Shown piece after piece: positions 1 to 8,510 of a stretch of DNA of 52,335 nucleotides. The first letter of the stretch is position 1, and every line of letters begins with the position of its first letter. The DNA comes from Anaerolineales bacterium (GTDB lineage Bacteria; Chloroflexota; Anaerolineae; Anaerolineales; E44-bin32). The stretch is from positions 1 through 52,335 of the forward strand of contig SOJU01000252.1 in assembly GCA_004376465.1 (NCBI GenBank), written 5' to 3'. Position numbers and translations under genes: made by a program. The notes under the pieces were generated by a model. That model was not told the origin of the DNA and searched no databases. It was given only the letters and a program-made list of their open reading frames with translations.

Positions 1-1836
1 GTGGGTGACCGGGTTGCTTGCGCGGGCGGCGGTTATGCAGTGCATGCCGAATATGCCGTTGTTCCCCAGAATCTGATCACAAAACTCCCCTCGGGCGTGG
101 ACTTTGAATCGGGCGCCTTCGCCACACTAGGAGCCATCGCCCTTCACGGGTTCAGGCTGGGAGAACCTCAATTAGGTGATCGTGTAGCGATAATCGGTCT
201 CGGGTTATTAGGGCTTTTAGCTGCAAAAATCGCTCAAGCGGCGGGTTGCGCTGTTTTTGGCATCGACACAGATCCCGAGCGGGTGAAAATAGCCGAAGAA
301 CTGGGCATTGAAGCTGTAAACAGAGATGCTGCCGAAACCGAAGGACCGGCGTTCACGGGCGGGGCAGGATTTGACCTGATACAAATTTGCGCCGACACGA
401 CTTCGCATGACACCGTCCAGCTCGCCGGTGTTCTGGCTAGAGATCGGGGAATTGTGGTGGCAACCGGCGCAGTTGGAACCGAGCTGCCGCGAAAACCCTA
501 TTATATGAAGGAGCTACGCTTTGTTATTTCGCGCTCCTATGGCCCTGGTCGCTATGACCCTCTCTACGAAGAGGCCGGCGTGGACTACCCACGCGGGTAT
601 GTGCGTTGGACCGAAGGCCGCAACTTAGAAGCGTTTTTAGAACTCCTCGAAGAAAGCAAAATTGAAACCCAACGGCTGCTCACACACCGCTTCCCTATTG
701 AGCGCGCCATCGAAGCTTACGATTTAATTTCGGACAGTAAGGGAGAGCCGGTTCTCGGAGTCCTGCTGACCTACCCCCAAGAGCAGGCCGAGGTCGTGTC
801 AACGCAGCGTAAGGTGGAATTCAGAGAGCCGGCAATTGAGGCGCAGGATAGCGTTCGCTTGGGCGCAATCGGCGCGGGAAACTTCGCCACCGCCACCATG
901 TTCCCAGCAATGAAAGGTGTGGACGGATTAGAATGGGTCGGGTTGGCGACGGCAACCGGGATGAAAGCAGCGCACGTTGGAAAACGTTTTGGGTTTGCTT
1001 ACGCCACGACGGATGTGGAAGAATTACTGAATGATCAGCGCATCAACACAATCGCCATCCTCACCCGGCACCATCTTCACGCCTCACAAGTAGCGGCCGC
1101 ACTTGAAGCTGATAAGCATGTGTTCTGCGAAAAACCACTCGCGCTCACGAGCAAGGAACTGGAACGGATTGCAGCTGCGTTGCAAACGAAGGACAAGCTG
1201 CTAAGCGTCGGGTTCAATCGCCGATTTGCCCCATTAGCCCTCAAGATGAAGAACTTCTTGGATAAAGCCCGCGAACCACTGGTGATGCACTACCGGGTAA
1301 ACGCCGGGCCTCTACCCTTGGATCATTGGCTTCATGATCCTGCCATGGGTGGAGGGCGTCTTATCGGTGAGGCCTGTCACTTTATCGACTTCTTGACGTT
1401 CCTGACGAATTCCCTCCCGGTGCGAGTGTTCACGCTGGGCCTTCCTGATGACGGAAGATATCGTGAAGATAACTTCGTCATTACGCTCGAGTTCGCGGAT
1501 GGTTCTGTCGGCAGTGTGAGCTACCTGGCGAACGGTGACCGGACACTCCCTAAAGAGCGAATCGAGGTCTTTGGAGGCGGGAGGGTAGCGGTTCTGGATG
1601 ACTTCCAGCAATTGGAGCTGACCCTATCCGGACGCACGAAGACCCACAAATCCCAACTTCGTCAGGATAAAGGTCATCGTGCTGAATGGCATGCCTTCCA
1701 GCAGACGATCACGCAAGGCGGTTCTCCGCCAATCCCCTATGAGCAGATCTTCGCGGTCTCGCTTGCTTCATTTACTGCACTCGATTCGTTGCGTTCCGGT
1801 GAACCACGAGATGTGGGACGGATTGCAGAGCAGTAA
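1..1836 (+). CDS. Bi-domain oxidoreductase (MDR/Zn-alcohol-dehydrogenase-like N-half fused to a Gfo/Idh/MocA C-half); 5' end lies outside the window
   Basis: The ORF is open to the window edge. It has a Rossmann motif AIIGLGLLGLLAAKIA in the N-half. A second NAD(P) fold (LGAIGAGNFA ... VFCEKPLAL) typical of Gfo/Idh/MocA sits in the C-half. This fusion is common in polysaccharide loci. Confidence 0.8.
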   Translation: MGDRVACAGGGYAVHAEYAVVPQNLITKLPSGVDFESGAFATLGAIALHGFRLGEPQLGDRVAIIGLGLLGLLAAKIAQAAGCAVFGIDTDPERVKIAEELGIEAVNRDAAETEGPAFTGGAGFDLIQICADTTSHDTVQLAGVLARDRGIVVATGAVGTELPRKPYYMKELRFVISRSYGPGRYDPLYEEAGVDYPRGYVRWTEGRNLEAFLELLEESKIETQRLLTHRFPIERAIEAYDLISDSKGEPVLGVLLTYPQEQAEVVSTQRKVEFREPAIEAQDSVRLGAIGAGNFATATMFPAMKGVDGLEWVGLATATGMKAAHVGKRFGFAYATTDVEELLNDQRINTIAILTRHHLHASQVAAALEADKHVFCEKPLALTSKELERIAAALQTKDKLLSVGFNRRFAPLALKMKNFLDKAREPLVMHYRVNAGPLPLDHWLHDPAMGGGRLIGEACHFIDFLTFLTNSLPVRVFTLGLPDDGRYREDNFVITLEFADGSVGSVSYLANGDRTLPKERIEVFGGGRVAVLDDFQQLELTLSGRTKTHKSQLRQDKGHRAEWHAFQQTITQGGSPPIPYEQIFAVSLASFTALDSLRSGEPRDVGRIAEQ

Positions 1837-1843
1837 AACATCC

Positions 1844-4039
1844 ATGCATTTCAAGCCGTTCTATGCGCTACGCGAACTTGGTCTGGTACCGCTGGCGCGC
1901 TACGCTGTGTATCAATTCGTGCAGCGAAGCGGCTGGCTTCGTTGGCGTACACCCACCTTCGCCTGGGAGGAGAGGCCGCTTGAGATGTGGCTGCGAAGTC
2001 ACGTCCCCTCAGATCCTGAAGGATATGCCCGGTACAGCGAGACGCGCACACAACCATTCTTCTTTCAAGATGTAGGGCGCCTAGGTGTTTCTCTGAAAGC
2101 CATTCTGGGTGAAGACGTTGGGGCGCCGGTGGAAGAAGCCGACTCGGCCCTCGACGGACGATATCGTCTGTTTGGGCAGCCCGAGATCGCGCTTGGTAAT
2201 CCGCCGAATTGGGGCGCCTTCGCATTAACCCCATCCGGAAGCGAGAAGACGACGGTTGGTCTTGAGCGCCACTGGACCGCGTACGACCTGAATGAACTTC
2301 CTCAAGACGTCAAACTCATCTGGGAAAATTCCCGCTTTGGCTGGGCGTATTCATTGGCTCGAGCCTATGCGCTGACGGGAGACGAGCATTACGTCGATGG
2401 TTTCTTTGCCCTGCTGCATTCCTGGCGCGAGGCAAATGCCCCAAACAAAGGCTTGAACTGGCACTCGGGTCAGGAGATCGCCATCCGTTTGCTCGCGCTG
2501 GTGTTTTCGTTTTACGCCTTCAATCAGGCACTCCGGGAGCGAGGCGATGATCTGGCGGAACTAGCAATGATGATTGCCATACACGCGGATCGCATCCCGG
2601 TGACGCTTCTCTATGCCCGTGCACAGGATAACAACCACCTGCTTGTCGAAGCGCTCGCGCTTTATACGACTGGTGTGCTTTTCCAGGAATTCAAAGATTC
2701 CGCAAAATGGAAACGCCTTGGACGGCAATTTATTGTGCAGGCGCTCGAGGGGCAGGTGTTTCTTGACGGAGGGTATATCCAGCAATCGATGAATTATCAC
2801 CGGCTTGCTCTGCAAGCGGGGACCTGGGCTGTGCGTCTGGCTGAGCTTGAGGGCGACCCCTTGCCCGAGACATCCGTAGATGCTGTGCGCAGAATGACGC
2901 TTTGGCTTGCTGCGGTTGTGGATCCGGTGACGGGAAATGCTCCCAATTGGGGACCCAACGACGGTGCAACCCTGCTCCCTCTGAGCGTTTGTCCGTTCGG
3001 AGATTTTCGGCCCACGTTGCAAGCCGCGGCATTGACGGCGCTGGGTGATCCAATATTCCCTCCGGGTAAGTGGGATGAACTGGCTCTCTGGCTTGGGGTG
3101 GAGGTCGCTAGAGACGACACTTCGATGGATGATGCAGGGCAGCGCAGAGAGAGCCATCATCGGCACGAGGCTGCTGGAGATCAGGTGGGTGTGCGCCCTG
3201 GTGATTTCCGTCAATCAGGGATCTATTTAATGAGCGGCCAGAAATCCCGGGGGATATTGCGCGCGGCACAATTCCACAGCCGCCCCGGGCATAGTGACCA
3301 GCTCCACTTCGATTTGTGGTGGGAAGGGATTAACCTGGCACGCGATCCAGGGACGTATCTTTATAACGCCGATCACCCCTGGAATAATGCATTTATGGGC
3401 GCCTGGTGTCACAACACAGCCCTGATCGATGGGTGTGATCCGATGCTGCGGGCGGGTCGATTCCTTTGGCTGAGATGGAGTAATGCCAAACTCCTTGGGC
3501 GTTGGCGCTCAAAAGACGGAGGCCTGGAAATCCTTTCAGCGATGCATCAATACCGGAGTCGCGAGCATACGGTCCACCAACGGACGATTTTGCGCGTTGA
3601 AGATCGATTGTGGATGGTGATTGATGATATTCTGGGGGTCGGGGAGGCAGGAGTTAGGATTGGCTGGAATCTCCCGGATGCCCCCTTTGATATGGATGAG
3701 CGCACGCTTTCCGTGTATTTACAGGGGTCAAGGGTGAGTATTCGAGCGGAGGGGATACAGGATAGAACCGCGCTATACAGAGCAGGCGAATTAATGGCTG
3801 GGGAAGAGTTTGTGCCGGATTCGAGACCTTACGGCTGGTATTCTCCGACTTATGCGCTGAAGCAGCCGGCGCTGCTCTGGTTGAGAAGCGCCCATGCTCA
3901 ATTGCCAATGCGGGGGGTTACCAAATGGGTGTTTGATAAGACGGTCATGGAGGACATCGACATCGGCTGGCTGGATCCAGAGATGGGGCGGCCGGCGCTT
4001 TCCCGTGTTGAATATCGTGGGATGAGAGCGGAAACGTAG
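1844..4039 (+). CDS. Heparinase II/III-like (alginate-lyase-fold) family protein
   Basis: I trimmed the 786-aa ORF to the ATG at 1844, 8 nt after the upstream stop; the ATG at 1811 is an alternative. The C-terminal GHSDQLHFDLWWEG matches the G-H-x-D-x-L-s-F signature of the heparinase II/III C-terminal domain. The central region is alpha-helical. Confidence 0.7.
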   Translation: MHFKPFYALRELGLVPLARYAVYQFVQRSGWLRWRTPTFAWEERPLEMWLRSHVPSDPEGYARYSETRTQPFFFQDVGRLGVSLKAILGEDVGAPVEEADSALDGRYRLFGQPEIALGNPPNWGAFALTPSGSEKTTVGLERHWTAYDLNELPQDVKLIWENSRFGWAYSLARAYALTGDEHYVDGFFALLHSWREANAPNKGLNWHSGQEIAIRLLALVFSFYAFNQALRERGDDLAELAMMIAIHADRIPVTLLYARAQDNNHLLVEALALYTTGVLFQEFKDSAKWKRLGRQFIVQALEGQVFLDGGYIQQSMNYHRLALQAGTWAVRLAELEGDPLPETSVDAVRRMTLWLAAVVDPVTGNAPNWGPNDGATLLPLSVCPFGDFRPTLQAAALTALGDPIFPPGKWDELALWLGVEVARDDTSMDDAGQRRESHHRHEAAGDQVGVRPGDFRQSGIYLMSGQKSRGILRAAQFHSRPGHSDQLHFDLWWEGINLARDPGTYLYNADHPWNNAFMGAWCHNTALIDGCDPMLRAGRFLWLRWSNAKLLGRWRSKDGGLEILSAMHQYRSREHTVHQRTILRVEDRLWMVIDDILGVGEAGVRIGWNLPDAPFDMDERTLSVYLQGSRVSIRAEGIQDRTALYRAGELMAGEEFVPDSRPYGWYSPTYALKQPALLWLRSAHAQLPMRGVTKWVFDKTVMEDIDIGWLDPEMGRPALSRVEYRGMRAET

Positions 4040-4040
4040 C

Positions 4041-5318
4041 GTGCACATCCTATTAATCCATCAGGCCTTTGCCGCAATTAACGAGCCGGGCGGAACCCGT
4101 CATCATGAGTTCGCCCGCCAGCTTGTGCGCCGCGGCCACCGCGTGACCATCATCGCCAGCCAGGTGAGCTACCTAACGGGTCGAACTGTGGCTAATGGGG
4201 GCTGGCTTGCGCGTGAGGTGGACGATGTCGGTGTGGAGATCCTTCGCTGCCGGAGTTATTCCGGATGGCATCGCTCCTTTCTGCACCGTATGCTGAGTTT
4301 CCTCAGTTTCATGGCGGTCTCATTCTGGACAGGATTGCGCGTGGCGGATGTCGATCTGGTGTGGGGAACGACCCCGCCGATTTTCCAGGCTGTGACTGCC
4401 CGATGGATTGCGGGGCTTAAGCGTAAGCCTTTTCTGCTTGAAGTCCGCGATCTCTGGCCTTCCTTCGCTGTTGCCGTCGGCGTGTTGAAAGACCCGTTCC
4501 TAATTCGTCTCTCGGAGTGGCTGGAGCGGAAGCTCTATCGTCGTGCGGATCGAGTTGTCGTCAATTCTCCGGGGTTTATCGAGCACGTGCGTTCACGGGG
4601 CGCTCAGCAGGTGGAAGTGGTCCCGAACGGGGTTGATCTGGCCATGTTTGAACGAAAAGCGAAAGATCAAACCTCGAGGCGCGAATTAGGTTTACCGATT
4701 GGATTTCTCGTCATCTATGCGGGAGCTCATGGGATGTCGAACGACCTGGAAACGGCGCTGAAAGCCGCTGAGCTTCTGCAGAACGAAGACGACATCCATT
4801 TTGTATTCCTCGGGGATGGTAAAGAGAAGGCCAATCTGATGGCGCTTGTGGAGCGTATGAAACTGCGCAACCTTCACTTCCTGCCGTCAATACCCAAAGA
4901 CAAAATTGCTTCGACGCTTATTCAGGCGGATGCAGGGCTGGCGATTCTTCTTGCGGTAGATGCGTATAAGACGACGTATCCCAATAAAGTGTTCGACTAT
5001 ATGGCCGCTGGCCTTCCCGTCGTCCTGGCCATTGATGGGGTTATCCGCCGGGTGGTTGAGGAGGCTGAGGCAGGGCTGTTCGCGCAGCCTGGAGACCCCG
5101 AGGCTATCGCCGAAGCAGTGAGGCGGCTTGCGGCGGACCCCGCCCTCGCAGACAAACTGGGACAGGCCGGCAGGCGCTGCGTCGAAGGTGATTTCGATCG
5201 CCAGCAGCTCGCCGCGAAGATGGCAGGTATCATGGAAAAGATAGTCGCAAACGGGAACGGACGCTCCTCAGATGGTGCGGCCGCGGACATCGCGTCAGGA
5301 GGGGTAAATGACGGCTAA
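4041..5318 (+). CDS. Glycosyltransferase family 4 (WbuB-like)
   Basis: The GTG start lies 1 nt after the upstream stop. The N-terminal INEPGGTRHHEFA and the C-terminal GDGKEK ... PNKVFDYMAAGLPVV (EX7E-type Rossmann) are typical of GT4/GT-B enzymes. Confidence 0.85.
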   Translation: MHILLIHQAFAAINEPGGTRHHEFARQLVRRGHRVTIIASQVSYLTGRTVANGGWLAREVDDVGVEILRCRSYSGWHRSFLHRMLSFLSFMAVSFWTGLRVADVDLVWGTTPPIFQAVTARWIAGLKRKPFLLEVRDLWPSFAVAVGVLKDPFLIRLSEWLERKLYRRADRVVVNSPGFIEHVRSRGAQQVEVVPNGVDLAMFERKAKDQTSRRELGLPIGFLVIYAGAHGMSNDLETALKAAELLQNEDDIHFVFLGDGKEKANLMALVERMKLRNLHFLPSIPKDKIASTLIQADAGLAILLAVDAYKTTYPNKVFDYMAAGLPVVLAIDGVIRRVVEEAEAGLFAQPGDPEAIAEAVRRLAADPALADKLGQAGRRCVEGDFDRQQLAAKMAGIMEKIVANGNGRSSDGAAADIASGGVNDG

Positions 5319-5946
5319 ACTCCTTCCCCCTGGCGTTCCGCTGAGCAAGCGATTATTTGATTTGACGCTGACACTTCCTGGTCTCGTTCTAATCAGCCCC
5401 CTATTGGGGCTCATTGGGGTGCTTGTGCGCATTTTTCTGGGATCCCCGGTGCTTTTTCGTCAGATGCGGCCAGGCAAGAGCGGCGAGCCCTTCAATGTTT
5501 ATAAATTCCGCACGATGACCGATGAGCGGGGTACTGGAGAACAATTGCTATCCGACGCAGAACGGATGACGGGCCTGGGTAGATTTCTGCGCAGCCTCAG
5601 CCTAGATGAACTCCCCGAGCTGTTCAACGTGCTGCGTGGTGAAATGAGTCTGGTTGGTCCGCGGCCGCTGCTGATGCAGTATCTCGAGCGATACTCATTG
5701 GAGCAAGCACGCCGCCACGAGGTTCTCCCGGGAATAAGCGGGTGGGCACAGGTCAACGGCCGTAACGCAATCACCTGGGAGGATAAGTTCCGCTATGATG
5801 TCTGGTATGTCGATAATTGGTCCCTGTGGCTGGATATTAAAATTATACTGACCACAGGCTGGAAGGTGGTCACGCGTGAGGGGATAAGCCAAATCGGGCA
5901 CACAACGGCCGAGGAGTTCATGGGCAGCGATAAACAGGACCTATAG
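5308..5946 (+). CDS. Small monotopic phosphoglycosyl transferase (bacterial sugar transferase, PglC/WbaP-C-terminal type)
   Basis: It has a single N-terminal hydrophobic helix. Motifs PGKSGEPFNVYKFRTM and DELPELFNVLRGEMSLVGPRP are present. It overlaps the GT4 gene by 11 nt. Confidence 0.9.
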   Translation: MTAKLLPPGVPLSKRLFDLTLTLPGLVLISPLLGLIGVLVRIFLGSPVLFRQMRPGKSGEPFNVYKFRTMTDERGTGEQLLSDAERMTGLGRFLRSLSLDELPELFNVLRGEMSLVGPRPLLMQYLERYSLEQARRHEVLPGISGWAQVNGRNAITWEDKFRYDVWYVDNWSLWLDIKIILTTGWKVVTREGISQIGHTTAEEFMGSDKQDL

Positions 5947-6065
5947 CGCTAGTTATGTCAAGAAAAAGGCGCACTTTGTGCCCTTTCACTCCTTGCGGAA
6001 AAAACAAATCACGGGTACGATGATGCAAGAATATTGGGTATAAAACAAAGCTGAGGAGGAACAAA

Positions 6066-6251
6066 ATGAAGGAATCTTTGGAATTCTACGATGTGAAGTC
6101 GAAGGCGAAGTTCTCGGCAACAGAATGGCGGATTGAAACCAAAGTCTCAGACGATGGTAGGACCCGCTACTTTGCAGTGACGAAGGCCCCGGCCGGCACG
6201 CACGAAGCCTGGCGAATCGTGGGCAAAGACTTCGCCCTTAAAAATATGTAA
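6066..6251 (+). CDS. Small (61 aa) basic beta-rich hypothetical protein
   Basis: A strong SD (GAGGAGGA) lies 5 nt upstream of the ATG, and a hairpin follows the stop. The sequence is FYDVKSKAKF...KVSDDGRTRY...GTHEAWRIVGK. There are no cysteines. Confidence 0.55.
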   Translation: MKESLEFYDVKSKAKFSATEWRIETKVSDDGRTRYFAVTKAPAGTHEAWRIVGKDFALKNM

Positions 6252-6280
6252 GATTTTTGTTCCTGAATATGGGGTTAGGT

Positions 6281-6309
6281 AGCTCTGCTGGCGTATTGCA
6301 GCAGAGCTT
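6281..6309 (+). terminator. Hairpin downstream of the small ORF (possible intrinsic terminator)
   Basis: AGCTCTGCTG-(9 nt)-CAGCAGAGCT forms a perfect 10-bp stem. The downstream T-tract is weak. Confidence 0.45.
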
Positions 6310-6438
6310 GCTTACTCCGTATTTCGAAATGGAGTCGCGAGCCGCCTTTACATAGGGCGGCTCGTGTTTCGTCTGCAGGCAGTGGTATCATTGCGGCGAA
6401 ATACTGGTACTTTTAGTTGCCGGAGGTCCGAGCGCACG

Positions 6439-7362
6439 ATGAGCCGTCCAGATAATGCCGCGTTCTATCGTCGAATGCTGCGAATACGACGTTTTGAAGA
6501 AACCGTACTCGACCTCTTCCCGCGCGGGTTGTTCTACGGCACCACGCATACATATATAGGACAAGAGGCGAATGCGGTTGGAGTGCTCGCCTGGTTGCGC
6601 GAGGGCGATATCGTGGTCAGCAACCATCGCTGTCATGGGCATTTTCTTGCTTATGGCGGTTCGATGCGCTCGTTAGCAGCGGAACTCATGGGGCGCAGCA
6701 CAGGGGTTTGCGGCGGGCGTGGTGGGAGTCAGCACATACAATGGCGGGATTTCTATGCAAATGGGATCCTGGGTGGCACGGTTCCCATGGCGGCAGGGAT
6801 GGCTTCCACGGAAAAACTCAAAGAGGGAGACAAGATGGTTTTCTCCTTCATGGGGGATGGAACGCTGGGTGAAGGTGTCGTTTATGAGACCCTGAATATT
6901 GCCGCACTCGGGGCGTTCCCAATTCTCTTCATTGTTGAAAACAACCGCTATGCTCAAAGCACACCCACTCGATTGAACCTGGCGGGCGAGATCCCCGATC
7001 GCTTCAAGGCTTTCGGTATTCCGGTTGAATCGATTGATTCGACGGATGTGGTTGAGATCCACGAAGCCATTGAGCCCATGCTTAAGTATGTACGTGAGAA
7101 GAATGGCCCTGCGGCATTTGTGGTGCACACGTACCGTTTTGCACCTCACTCCAAAGGCGACGATAGTCGAGATCCAGAGGAGATCGCCCGTTATCGGACA
7201 AAAGACCCACTTCCAATTCAGGCCGAACGATTGGAAGAAGCGAACCAAAGAGAGATTCAGGAATCGGTTGAGATGGAGGTCGCGGACGCCTTCGAACAAG
7301 CCGAATCCGATCCCGCTGCCGAGCCTGCATCACTCACATCTCCGTTGGGAAAAAGCCAATGA
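6439..7362 (+). CDS. Thiamine-diphosphate-dependent 2-oxoacid dehydrogenase E1 component, alpha subunit
   Basis: I trimmed the start to the ATG at 6439, with GGAGG about 11 nt upstream. The ThDP motif GDGTLGEGVVYETLNIAALGAFPILFIVENNRYA (GDG-X-NN) is present. YRFAPHSKGDD corresponds to the YR-x-GHS-x-SD loop. Confidence 0.85.
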   Translation: MSRPDNAAFYRRMLRIRRFEETVLDLFPRGLFYGTTHTYIGQEANAVGVLAWLREGDIVVSNHRCHGHFLAYGGSMRSLAAELMGRSTGVCGGRGGSQHIQWRDFYANGILGGTVPMAAGMASTEKLKEGDKMVFSFMGDGTLGEGVVYETLNIAALGAFPILFIVENNRYAQSTPTRLNLAGEIPDRFKAFGIPVESIDSTDVVEIHEAIEPMLKYVREKNGPAAFVVHTYRFAPHSKGDDSRDPEEIARYRTKDPLPIQAERLEEANQREIQESVEMEVADAFEQAESDPAAEPASLTSPLGKSQ

Positions 7363-8363
7363 CGACCATCCTCGAATCGCTCAATCGGGGCTTGCGAACA
7401 TGCCTGGAGGAATCAGATCGGGTCTATGTGATCGGGGAGGACGTGCTCGATCCGTATGGTGGTGCGTTCAAGGTGACCAGGGGGTTATCCACGGATTACC
7501 CTGAACACGTGATCACCACACCCGTGTCGGAGGCCGGCATCGTTGGTGTTGGGGTTGGTATGGCGCTGCGCGGCCTGTTTCCAGTGATCGAGATCATGTT
7601 CGGCGATTTCATCAGTTTAACGGTTGACCAATTGATTAATCACGCCGCAAAATTCCGGTGGATGAGCAATGACCAGGTGCGGGTGCCACTCGTCGTGCGT
7701 ACGCCTATGGGCGGGCGGCGCGGGTACGGACCAACGCACAGCCAGTCCCTCGAGAAGCACTTGCTCGGCGCACCTGGCTTACGTGTCGTTGCGGCGACAG
7801 CGCTGGGCGATGCGGGAGAATTGCTGCGCAAGGCGGTCTTAGAGGATGAAGACCCTGTATTGTTCCTTGAGCACAAAGTTCTCTATGCAAAACCGATCAT
7901 CGCCCATGATGAACTGTCAGATTTCGAAGTCGATGTAAGCGATGATCCCTATCCAACCTACCGTCTGCGCATTGCCGGTGCCCCGACGCCAGTGATTACG
8001 CTGACAGCCTATGGATATTCAGCAGAACTGGCGCGTGAAGCCGTGAAGCGTCTGGCTTACGAGCATGAGATCTTCAGCGATCTCATCGTCCCTACACATT
8101 TATCCCCCTTTGAACTGAGTGACCTATTCAGTGCGGTGAGACAAACGAAGCGCCTGCTGACCGTTGAGGAGGGTACGATGACGCTTGGTTGGGGTGCGGA
8201 AGTCATCGCCCGAGCCCTCGAAGAACTTGGCGCCGGGCTCCATGCGCAGCGTGTCGCCGCAGGCGACATGCCGATACCCGCTGCCGGGCTGCTGGAAACA
8301 GCCGTACTCCCGCAGGTTGAGGACATTATTGAGGCGGCAGTTGCACTTTCTGAAGCGAACTGA
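7359..8363 (+). CDS. 2-oxoacid dehydrogenase E1 component, beta subunit (transketolase-like Pyr and C-terminal domains)
   Basis: An ATGA overlap joins it to the alpha-subunit gene. Motifs GEDVLDPYGGAFKVTRGL, TPVSEAGIVGVGVGMA and RTPMGGRRGYGPTHSQS are typical of E1 beta. Confidence 0.9.
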   Translation: MTTILESLNRGLRTCLEESDRVYVIGEDVLDPYGGAFKVTRGLSTDYPEHVITTPVSEAGIVGVGVGMALRGLFPVIEIMFGDFISLTVDQLINHAAKFRWMSNDQVRVPLVVRTPMGGRRGYGPTHSQSLEKHLLGAPGLRVVAATALGDAGELLRKAVLEDEDPVLFLEHKVLYAKPIIAHDELSDFEVDVSDDPYPTYRLRIAGAPTPVITLTAYGYSAELAREAVKRLAYEHEIFSDLIVPTHLSPFELSDLFSAVRQTKRLLTVEEGTMTLGWGAEVIARALEELGAGLHAQRVAAGDMPIPAAGLLETAVLPQVEDIIEAAVALSEAN

Positions 8364-8510
8364 AGCATTAATTCAGCAGAGGCTTCTCTATTGGTAAGCG
8401 AGGGATTTCTCGATTAGACTCATTCATGGTTAGCGTTCATAATCTCATGGCTCGATTTTTATTGACGATCGCTCTTTGCCCAACTGTAATCTCACAGAAT
8501 TAGGAGAAGT

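Noticed and set aside
1679-1843. N-terminal extensions given by the ORF track: 1679 for the heparinase-like gene, 6364 for E1 alpha, 16604 for csp, 23678 for rumA, 34118 for rsmG, 38441 for recF, 43256 for the BMP lipoprotein and 19104 for the ABC ATPase.
   Set aside because: The extensions overlap upstream genes or add non-homologous Arg/Ser/Cys-rich leaders ahead of canonical N-termini. Internal starts with an SD or stop-start coupling fit better.
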